Source: Hydrurus foetidus (Eukaryota). From it: a stretch of 42,237 nt of DNA. Below the pieces are notes generated by a model that saw nothing but the letters and a program-made list of their open reading frames with translations, was not told the origin of the DNA and did no database searches. The position numbers were made by a program, and so were the translations under genes. Location: the NCBI GenBank assembly GCA_900617105.1, contig UYFQ01000726.1, positions 1 to 42,237 of the forward strand, written 5' to 3'. Shown piece by piece: positions 11,081 to 19,435 of the stretch (its first letter is position 1; every line of letters begins with the position of its first letter).

Positions 11081-11326
11081 CAAAAGAATCTCAGCACGAT
11101 GTTGCAGACCACGACGCTGTCTAGTCGTGCTGATGTGTTGCTGTTTAATTGTGACAGGTGTCTACTACTTGTAGTGCGACAAATGGAATTCAGACAATAA
11201 TCGACTTGAAATCTCGTCGCATACATTCCGGCTTGCACCCCGCAATCCTGAACTGGAAGGTGTGCATCAGTCATTCACTCTGTGGAGAATCTGCGCAGGC
11301 GTCCGCGAGCTACCGCCCACTCTCAA
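11081..11326 (-). repeat. Split direct repeat A2 (246 bp)
   Basis: Identical to 25151-25396 except for 2 substitutions; abuts B1 to give the internal B|A junction. Confidence 0.95.
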
Positions 11327-11327
11327 A

Positions 11328-11471
11328 TCTACTGCGGATCATGTTACTGTGCCAGTGTCTGCCTAACCTCATCTTCACCGCACCCACCGAGCTTCCTCAC
11401 TATTCTTTTCCCGAAGAAGTTGGGGTGTGTGGCGCCTCATTGAATTTAGTTTATCTACTACGGGTGCCTAC
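11328..11471 (-). repeat. Split direct repeat B1, distal part (interrupted by Copia)
   Basis: Copy of 10779-~10924. Confidence 0.9.
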
Positions 11472-11979
11472 TGTCAGTCCAGCATATTCATGCATGATCT
11501 GTTAGCATAGTTTCATCTGTAGATTAGCATTCACATGTCACAAGTAGTGTAGCGCTTCCTCACCCAAAACACCGCCATACACTGTTGTGTACATACGCTC
11601 ATCGTTCTTCTAGCGATATCCCCCTTCGGGGCCATCACCAAGCATCCGGTTTTTCACCACCAAGCATCCGGATTTCCACCAGGTATCCGGTTTCCACCAA
11701 GCATCCGATTTCATGAGCAGCGAGGGTTCCGCCCATTGCTCAATCGCCAACTTGAATATTCGCTGAATATGTTTCCACTTCGGCGATCACCATTTCATGC
11801 ACAATGGATGCTTTGCTTTGCTTCTTTGATGGTTGTCTTCTCTGATATCATCGCCAGTTGTTTTACTACTTGATCGTTGTAAGTAAACACGTCTTCCGAG
11901 ACCACTTCCATCAGCCAGTCTTTCCTTTGCGCTTCCGCAGCCAACAGGTAGCTCGCTTCACTCCACAGTCTGACTCACA
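11472..11979 (+). repeat. Copia 5' LTR (508 bp)
   Basis: TGTCAG...CTCACA; 4 mismatches to 18817-19324; contains 4 tandem CACCAAGCATCCGGTTT-like units at ~11636-11712. Confidence 0.95.
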
Positions 11980-11992
11980 TGGTAGCGATTGC
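11980..11992 (+). promoter_or_regulatory. Primer binding site TGGTAGCGATTGC, probably initiator tRNA-Met
   Basis: TGG lies directly after the LTR; TGGTAGC implies A73 and U72 (A1:U72 pair), typical of eukaryotic tRNAiMet. Confidence 0.7.
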
Positions 11993-12069
11993 ATAGAAAG
12001 TTCAGCAATCATCGATATAGTATCAATATATCAACGGTATCTCAACACAACAGATATCTCAAGTCGGCC

Positions 12070-15000
12070 ATGATGCTACGATCGTCCGACAACACAGACC
12101 AAAACAACGAGGAATACCATGACCCAACTGGGCTAGAGACTCCCAGCCGCGCCCAGCTGCCGCGCATGCTCTCCATGACCCTTGCAGAGTTCGATGAACG
12201 TGTCGCCGAGGCCATAAGAGCCCAAACTCAAAATTTGGTCACCAGCTCGACGGCAAATCGTCAAAATCCCTCGACACCAAACCGACCTCGACGAGGCTCC
12301 CATGCAGAGGAAGCCACGCCACCGCGCCAAACTTCGGCAGAAGTTTCAGCACATGGGCTATCATATAATGCCGCTTTGGAATCCGTTTTGGAGCTAAAAC
12401 GGCTAAAACTCGATCTCGTTCTGACGACCTCTTCAGAAATGGATAGCATCAAGCAAAACCAGATCACCACAACGACTGTGGGATCTAACAAGCGCTTCAA
12501 AGCTCTCGACAACATGCTCCATGTCGTTGGACTCTACCCAATGGCGATGGGCACGCGTCGCGAGCCAATCCCAACGAGACTTAACCCATCAGGATACTCG
12601 GAGCCTACAACGTCGGAGAATTTGGACGGCACCTTCAATTATGTACCCGCCGACGATGTTACACGATGGGCCCACGACAAGAAACGTCTCTACAACGTCA
12701 TGTTGAACGCTTTCAGCGAGTCTACCCACTATCTATGTGCCGATTCCTTTACCTCTCGCGATGGGATCGCTATTTATAAACGTATGCACAAGCACTACTA
12801 CGGACATACTGAAGCAGACATCAACCGACTTAGGCGGCTTCTACAAAACTTCAAGGGCTCCACGGCTACTTGTTTTCAAGAGGATTTAGTGAGGTTTACA
12901 ACGTTAATGACAGAATTCGAGTACGCCCAGGCCAGACCGAGCACCGAGCAGGAGCGCCTTCAATTCCTTCACAACGCCTTCATGAACGACCACCGCCCCA
13001 ACACCAAATCCTACTTTATGTCCTGCCATAGCAACATGCTCACATATCACCAAACTTTGGAGAGAGCTGTTGTATATTCCGAGTATGCCCTCCTCCAAGA
13101 CAAGCCGGTCAAGATAGCTGCCTTGTCCACTACCCCTGAAGCCTGCCGCAAGTTCCTCGCTGGTACCTGCCTTCTCGGTAACAAGTGCAAGTACTATCAT
13201 GCTCCTGCTAAGCCACCGGCAGCGACACCTCCCTCTGGCAAAGCACATCCTCCTGCCCCACCTGGATCCGCTCCAGTCACGGACAAGAACCGGATCAAAG
13301 CCAAGGGCAAGTACCCTCCCAAGCAGACCTTCCCAGTGACGAGTATCGATGGCCGCGTCCCTTACCTCAAGAGCAACATCCCCATGAAGCTTCTTACCAA
13401 CGGACCCAACATCAACCCTGAGGACGGATGGCAGAACAACACGCTTTTGGATAACGCCGAACCCTCCGGGTATGTGCGCTTCTCCCTCAACATGTTCCGA
13501 GTCACCGACACTGACCCAGCACCTCCTCCGGATACACCGTCTAATCCTCCTCTCGAGTTAGCACTTCCGCCAGGACTCCCTCCATCAGGACACTCACCAC
13601 TGCGATCTCCAACTCGTCCATCTTCTAATGCCGCCTCTCCCTTAATGCTCCGACCGTACGTACGTTCCGAACATACTCAACCAGCATCTACCCCAGTACT
13701 CCTGGGTACCCCCCCGACTCCTGTCGCCCCAGAGAATGCTACAGCATGGGACACACCGCGCCATCAGAACATCTCCTCGCCAACATATGGGACCCCAATG
13801 CAAGAAGAAGTCGATGCCTTCACACGTACCTGGGCCTTCCTCACCAATGACGAAGTCACCTCCTCCACTGTCTTCCAGGGTATCTGCCGACAATGCTCCA
13901 CGTACATCCTTCAGTACTACACTGTGGTCCACCACCGCATTCATCAGCAGCCCCTCTCAGCAAATGACTTCATCATCTATGTGAACCGTCCCGCCTTGCC
14001 TGGATCCCCTACACCGGCGCCTCATATATACCTCGCTATTTTCGGCTGGGTATCCCCAACCACCCTCAGCAACTGCCGCGCTGATGTCAGAGACGGATAC
14101 TCTCGGTATATGAACCTCATCCACAAGATTGCTCGCAACCTGCTGCTCGCCAACACTGAGCCGCCGACTCCACCCAATCTTGAGTATGACCCAGGGCACT
14201 ACCGCACCTTCAATCCAACCTTGATTGAAGACATCACCACCTATCAGTCCACAGTCGGGAACATTTTCTTTTACTTCCTCGTCCACACTGCTCTGTACCT
14301 CGACGACCAGATCAGTCCAGACCACATGGCGATATTTGAAAGTGTCCTCATCTATGACTGTGCCTCCTGGGTCGCAGCACAGCTTGCCCGATATGCCAAT
14401 GCACCCGGCAACTCCTGGCACAACATTCCCACACTTCGCATACTCATGCTCACGGAAGTTGATGCGCACGTTGACGGTCTTATGACACGAACTGGATCGA
14501 ACGAGTCATTCATCCAAGCTATTCGAGTCGTAATCCAGCATGTCCTACCCGATGCATTTCATGTTACACCCAACAGCCTCTTCGTCGGACCTGATCCTGT
14601 TGAACCCACCGAGTCACACTACCGCACAGTATCTCTCGCCAGGGACCTCGCAGCATCTACAGCCCCACAGAACATACGCCAAAGATACACTTTGCGGAAC
14701 TATGAGAGCGATTCAGAGTCCTCTGTCGAAGACTCCATCTGTTTCCTCCCGTACAACATGTCCTGTCCAACACATAACATCAGTGGCCCTCGATGCGCCC
14801 TCTCTTATGTCAACTACCTACATGGAGCCGTCACACGTCACATGGTCCCTCCATCAGACGCATCCCCATGGGTACCACCGGACGCATCCATGGAACTTCA
14901 GCGGTACAACGCCAGGAAGCGCGGCATCGCATTCCAGAAAGACCAGGCTCAAGGGGACACTAAGCGTCAAGACACTACCTCGTCCTCGTCCGCATCCTCT

Positions 15001-15738
15001 TCCGCCTCACCTTCCGCATCGATTCCCACTACGCTTCCGGAGTTCAATACTCCGTTACCACCTGTTCCATCGACACCCTCTGACCCTCTTACCGGGTCAC
15101 TCAAACGTTGGCAAGCCGCGCAACCACTTGCATCCGACTCGCCTTTCACTATGCCTCGTGCCCAGCGCCACCGAATGACTCCACCAGTCGGATCTCAACG
15201 CTCGACAAATGTCCGACATGCCTTCAACAGTACTCGCCCTCCGCTTGCATCAGCTCGCCCTCCTGCACCATCCGGCGGTACCTCCGACTCCAAGCTCAAC
15301 ACATTCGTCGTCAAGTCCCAACATGAGAGACTCAACTCGTTCCACGTTCCCGACAAGGTCATCTTCGACTCTGGTGCTTCACGCTCTGGCACCGGCCGCT
15401 CCCAACGTCTTACCAGCATTGAACCTGTCAGCACATCCGTCACAGTCACCCCTGCATTCGGTCCGTCCATGACACCAACACACCAAGGCAGCCTCGGACC
15501 GTTGGAGCTTAGCACCCTCCTTCTCCCTGCACTAGGCGACAGCACCCTTGTCTCTGTCTCCCAGTTCTGCGCTGGCGGTGTCACCAACGACCACTTCATC
15601 GGCATCTTCACTCATAAAGACTTCCGCTTCTATGAGACTGCATCAGCCCTTCCCTACATTGCACTGGTAGCTCAGCATGGAAAGGAGGTCACCCGTGGAA
15701 CCGTCCAAGACGGCCTCTACGTGGAGACTCCCTACTGA
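12070..15738 (+). CDS. Copia Gag (CCCH finger) + large insert + aspartic protease
   Basis: Copia-like Gag core (DGIAIYKRMHKHYYG), CRKFLAGTCLLGNKCKYYH, VIFDSGAS protease, LVSVSQF and GLY motifs. First ATG at 12070. Confidence 0.85.
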   Translation: MMLRSSDNTDQNNEEYHDPTGLETPSRAQLPRMLSMTLAEFDERVAEAIRAQTQNLVTSSTANRQNPSTPNRPRRGSHAEEATPPRQTSAEVSAHGLSYNAALESVLELKRLKLDLVLTTSSEMDSIKQNQITTTTVGSNKRFKALDNMLHVVGLYPMAMGTRREPIPTRLNPSGYSEPTTSENLDGTFNYVPADDVTRWAHDKKRLYNVMLNAFSESTHYLCADSFTSRDGIAIYKRMHKHYYGHTEADINRLRRLLQNFKGSTATCFQEDLVRFTTLMTEFEYAQARPSTEQERLQFLHNAFMNDHRPNTKSYFMSCHSNMLTYHQTLERAVVYSEYALLQDKPVKIAALSTTPEACRKFLAGTCLLGNKCKYYHAPAKPPAATPPSGKAHPPAPPGSAPVTDKNRIKAKGKYPPKQTFPVTSIDGRVPYLKSNIPMKLLTNGPNINPEDGWQNNTLLDNAEPSGYVRFSLNMFRVTDTDPAPPPDTPSNPPLELALPPGLPPSGHSPLRSPTRPSSNAASPLMLRPYVRSEHTQPASTPVLLGTPPTPVAPENATAWDTPRHQNISSPTYGTPMQEEVDAFTRTWAFLTNDEVTSSTVFQGICRQCSTYILQYYTVVHHRIHQQPLSANDFIIYVNRPALPGSPTPAPHIYLAIFGWVSPTTLSNCRADVRDGYSRYMNLIHKIARNLLLANTEPPTPPNLEYDPGHYRTFNPTLIEDITTYQSTVGNIFFYFLVHTALYLDDQISPDHMAIFESVLIYDCASWVAAQLARYANAPGNSWHNIPTLRILMLTEVDAHVDGLMTRTGSNESFIQAIRVVIQHVLPDAFHVTPNSLFVGPDPVEPTESHYRTVSLARDLAASTAPQNIRQRYTLRNYESDSESSVEDSICFLPYNMSCPTHNISGPRCALSYVNYLHGAVTRHMVPPSDASPWVPPDASMELQRYNARKRGIAFQKDQAQGDTKRQDTTSSSSASSSASPSASIPTTLPEFNTPLPPVPSTPSDPLTGSLKRWQAAQPLASDSPFTMPRAQRHRMTPPVGSQRSTNVRHAFNSTRPPLASARPPAPSGGTSDSKLNTFVVKSQHERLNSFHVPDKVIFDSGASRSGTGRSQRLTSIEPVSTSVTVTPAFGPSMTPTHQGSLGPLELSTLLLPALGDSTLVSVSQFCAGGVTNDHFIGIFTHKDFRFYETASALPYIALVAQHGKEVTRGTVQDGLYVETPY

Positions 15739-18609
15739 CCAACCACTCGGGAGAGTCTTTTGGTCACACACTATACTCCCGCTTCACTGTACGACCACGT
15801 GCATCAAGCCACAGGCCACCCCGGTCTTCCAGGCATGGCATGGCACCGCGATCATTCCCTCAATGCTCGCTTCACCACCAAAGATGCACACACCTCCCGT
15901 CCGGTCTGTCCTGGATGCGCCCATGGCGCCATGCGTCAAGCATCCACAGACTATCGTCGCATTCACAGAGACACAACTACCCTCGTCGGCCAGCAGTTCT
16001 CCTTGGATGCCTATACCCACTCGACTCCATCATTCCGTAACTACCGTTACACTCACATCCTCACCGACCTCGCGTCGGGACAATACTATCCTGTATATAC
16101 AAAAGACCGGTCCGCCTCTGAACTCTGTGCCCGCATTGCAGCCTTCTTCGACCTAACCCCCCAATGGAACCACAATACCCCTGGGGTTGATCGCTTCATC
16201 CGGCATGACCCAGAGGCCAACTACCGATCTGAAGAATTTACTGCGCTTTGCGCCCGATACCGATACCGACTTGAGCACACTGCACCTCGTGACAAACATG
16301 CCAACGGCATCGCTGAGCGAGCAGTCGGCATTGTAGCTCTCAAGACCAACGTTGCCATGATAACCCCTGTTCCGCATGTGCCAATGAAGTTCTGGGACCT
16401 TGCAATGTCCTATGCATGTGTTACTCATTCCTTTAACCTTAACAAGCGTATTGGTACTTCTCCGTATCACTTCACTTCTGGGCAACACGTGGACATCAGG
16501 ATGCTTCGACCATTCTGGGCACCCTGCTATGTCAAGCACGCACCCAAAGATCAGAAAAGTAAAGTTGGGTCACCTCGTGCCTACCGTGCTCGGTTCGTTG
16601 GTTATAGTTTTACATCTATACTAGTCCCACAATATTTAGTATTAGAAATACTACCCAAGAACACCTACGGTACTGTTCGAGTCAGTAAGGATGTCATCTT
16701 CGACATGCACAACAACTTCAAGCATGACTCAGATGCACACTTCCCTACCGACGAGGCCTTCGCCCTCATCCCGTCCCTCTACTATACTGATAATGATAAT
16801 GACCCTATTGTGGTGCCTGAGCGAGTCGACCTACCCGGCCTCCCCTCACCTGCACCCCTTATCGAACCCGACTATATAACCCCTGTACCTGAGACAGAGC
16901 ACTCAGTCAACGATGACATGATATACTGGTCCACCTACACCAGTTCCTCCACATGCTTCCCTGTCCACCTCTTCCGTGTCCTGCACTACAACATCGCAGT
17001 CCAAATCAAGGATCCCTACATCCCCAAAGACTTCTGGACCGCAATGCAGTACCCAGAGTGGGAACAGGCCATCAACACTGAGCGCACAAAGTTTGAAGTC
17101 AACAACTGCTTCCGGTCTGTCCCCTTCACCGGCCAGCACCTCGTACCAATGATGTGGCTCTTCAGTATCAAGACTGACGGCACCAAGAAGGCCCGCCTCG
17201 TAGGTCGTGGTGATCTCATGATACCCTGGGTCGACTTCGACCCCTACGCAGTATACTGCGGTAATGTCAATGCGTCATCGATCAAGATTGCACTCGTCAT
17301 CGCCGCAACCTACAAATTATCCATGCGGGGAGGAGATTTAGTAGGCGCCTACTTAATCACACTCGCTAACCCCGACTTTCCCGTTCACATCAAGACACCT
17401 CAAGGTTACACCACACCTTTTGGCACATGCTTTCAAGCCATTGGCAACCTCTACGGTTTTCCACCAGCAGGCCAGAATTTCTCAAAGGAATTCGACAAAT
17501 GTGTACGCGAATGTGGATACGAAAACACACCGTGGGACTTAAAGTTCTTCTTTAAGTGGGTCCAAGGTCAACCCCTACTCCTGATAGCACACTCAGACGA
17601 CTTCAGATGGTTCGGACCACTTGCACTCATTAGCGAATGGGATCTCCTCATCGCTACATTCAACTCCCACAAGTATGAAGTCACCGACGCGACCTCCAAA
17701 GAGTTCGTCGGCATCCGCATTACATGCGATGAACACTTCAACTACTACATGGATCAGTCACGCATGATCACATCCATCGTATCGGAGGCCAACCTTGCTG
17801 GCGCCGCCGATGAGCATCTACCATATCCACCTTCTGGTGAGAGTCTGTCCAAGGCGGACAACTCTACCGATCTCGATAGGCACATGTATAATAAGTATCC
17901 CTACCGACGGGTAGTTGGTCAACTTATGTACGGAATGGTACACACATTGATCACAATCATGTACGCTCTCAACATACTATCACGATATAGTAACAGTCCA
18001 GGTGCACGACACATCAAGTTTCTTAAGCACTTACTTCGATATGTCAAATACGCCAAGATGGATAGACTGAAATTCACCACACACGACGGTCCCACCGACA
18101 TCGCTACGATGACCAGTCTACTGCAGTTGAAGTTCCAATGCGACGCCGACCTCGCCGGTAACAAAGACAACCGTCACTCCCAGACCTCCTACATTGGCTA
18201 CCTCGCCGACAATGTCATCTGCTGGAAGAGTACCGACCAAGGCAGCATCTCATCATCAACTGCGGAATCCGAAATCAAGGCAGTTAATCACGCACTAAAA
18301 TCCGATGTCATTCCCCTCCGGGGCATACTAAACCACATGGGATGGACACAAGCTCCTACAGTCATCGAAGAAGACAATTCTGCTTGTGTTGATGCTTCAA
18401 ATCATACACACATGACCAAGAACCTTCGTCACATTGACCTGAGCGAAAACTACTTTAAGGACAAAGTCGCCGATGGTACCTGTGTCATTGTTAAAATCCC
18501 TTCGGGCGAAAACAACTCAGACATAGGTACGAAAAGAGTTCCACTACCACTTTTCGAATACCTAACGCACAGGCTCGTTGACAAGTCTTTACGAACTAAT
18601 ATTAAATAA
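15739..18609 (+). CDS. Copia integrase-RT-RNase H, in frame with the upstream ORF after a single TGA
   Basis: HQATGH..CPGC (HHCC), FSLDA/IRHDP/NGIAER (DDE), KARLVGRG, NLYG, HSDD, CDAD/TAESE/EDNSA/NNSDIGTK. Confidence 0.92.
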   Translation, partial: PTTRESLLVTHYTPASLYDHVHQATGHPGLPGMAWHRDHSLNARFTTKDAHTSRPVCPGCAHGAMRQASTDYRRIHRDTTTLVGQQFSLDAYTHSTPSFRNYRYTHILTDLASGQYYPVYTKDRSASELCARIAAFFDLTPQWNHNTPGVDRFIRHDPEANYRSEEFTALCARYRYRLEHTAPRDKHANGIAERAVGIVALKTNVAMITPVPHVPMKFWDLAMSYACVTHSFNLNKRIGTSPYHFTSGQHVDIRMLRPFWAPCYVKHAPKDQKSKVGSPRAYRARFVGYSFTSILVPQYLVLEILPKNTYGTVRVSKDVIFDMHNNFKHDSDAHFPTDEAFALIPSLYYTDNDNDPIVVPERVDLPGLPSPAPLIEPDYITPVPETEHSVNDDMIYWSTYTSSSTCFPVHLFRVLHYNIAVQIKDPYIPKDFWTAMQYPEWEQAINTERTKFEVNNCFRSVPFTGQHLVPMMWLFSIKTDGTKKARLVGRGDLMIPWVDFDPYAVYCGNVNASSIKIALVIAATYKLSMRGGDLVGAYLITLANPDFPVHIKTPQGYTTPFGTCFQAIGNLYGFPPAGQNFSKEFDKCVRECGYENTPWDLKFFFKWVQGQPLLLIAHSDDFRWFGPLALISEWDLLIATFNSHKYEVTDATSKEFVGIRITCDEHFNYYMDQSRMITSIVSEANLAGAADEHLPYPPSGESLSKADNSTDLDRHMYNKYPYRRVVGQLMYGMVHTLITIMYALNILSRYSNSPGARHIKFLKHLLRYVKYAKMDRLKFTTHDGPTDIATMTSLLQLKFQCDADLAGNKDNRHSQTSYIGYLADNVICWKSTDQGSISSSTAESEIKAVNHALKSDVIPLRGILNHMGWTQAPTVIEEDNSACVDASNHTHMTKNLRHIDLSENYFKDKVADGTCVIVKIPSGENNSDIGTKRVPLPLFEYLTHRLVDKSLRTNIK

Positions 18610-18807
18610 CATAAATACTTAATATCCATATTTCTAACATACGTACTAATTTTACTATCTTATATGAGTGCACGCATATATTATAACTAACTTTTTACAC
18701 TTTTTGCCAAATCTCTCGTACGGGGAGTACATCCTCAGTACGGGGAGTATATATACACATATCATTCATTTCGATACTCTCAATAACACGTTCAGCTACA
18801 TCTTCAC

Positions 18808-18816
18808 TACGGGGAG
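18808..18816 (+). promoter_or_regulatory. Polypurine tract (ACGGGGAG) of the Copia element
   Basis: Immediately precedes the 3' LTR; the same TACGGGGAGT also occurs at 18719 and 18739. Confidence 0.7.
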
Positions 18817-19324
18817 TGTCAGTCCAGCATATTCATGCATGATCTGTTAGCATAGTTTCATCTGTAGATTAGCATTCACATGTCACAAGTAGTGTAGCGC
18901 TTCCTCACCCAAAACACCGCCATACACTGTTGTGTACATACGCTCATCGTTCTTCTAGCGATATCCCCCTTCGGGGCCATCACCAAGCATCCGGTTTTTC
19001 ACCACCAAGCATCCGGATTCCCACCAGGTATCCGGTTTCCACCAAGCATCCGATTTCATGAGCAGCGAGGGTTCCGCCCATTGCTCAATCGCCAACTTGA
19101 ATATTCGCTGAATATGTTTCCACTTCGGCGATCACCATTTCATGCACAATGGATGCTTTGCTTTGCTTCTTTGATGGTTGTCTTCTCTGATATCATCGCC
19201 AATTGTTTTACTACTTGATCGTTGTAAGTAAACACGTCTTCCGAGACCACTTCCATCAGCCAGTCTTTCCTTTGCGGTTCCGCAGCCAACAGGTAGCTCG
19301 CTTCACTCCACAGTTTGACTCACA
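18817..19324 (+). repeat. Copia 3' LTR (508 bp)
   Basis: Direct repeat of 11472-11979. Confidence 0.95.
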
Positions 19325-19406
19325 CTTACATTGCTTTAGTGTCCCCGGTCCTTCCCAATTTTGTCCCCAAAGGGATGAGTTAGACCGTCCGGGGAATCAC
19401 CTTCCA
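19325..19406 (-). repeat. Split direct repeat B1, proximal part
   Basis: Copy of 10920-11001. Confidence 0.9.
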
Positions 19407-19435
19407 CCCAATGCCTCCCCGAAGGTGATCTTCAT

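Larger units (their letters stand above)
11472..19324 (+). mobile_element. Full-length Ty1/Copia LTR retrotransposon (7853 bp)
   Basis: 508-bp TG...CA LTRs, PBS, PPT, PR-IN-RT-RH domain order, imperfect 5-bp TSD CCTAC/CTTAC. Confidence 0.97.

Noticed and set aside
11081..11326. Hammerhead ribozyme or tRNA within the A/B repeats
   Set aside because: No CUGAnGA...GAAA core or cloverleaf found by eye on either strand; a covariance-model search would be needed to exclude other RNAs.
11456..11471. Similarity of the Copia target (ACTACGGGTG) to its own PPT region (ACTACGGGGAG) as homology-guided insertion
   Set aside because: Only 8 nt match and the match is offset from the junction; a TSD-like duplication indicates normal integrase action.
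10690..11505. Short ORFs in the A/B repeats and LTRs (e.g. 10690, 10975, 11158, 11858, 19203, 25150, 25228)
   Set aside because: They recur only because the DNA repeats do; they mostly have non-ATG starts and no protein motifs.
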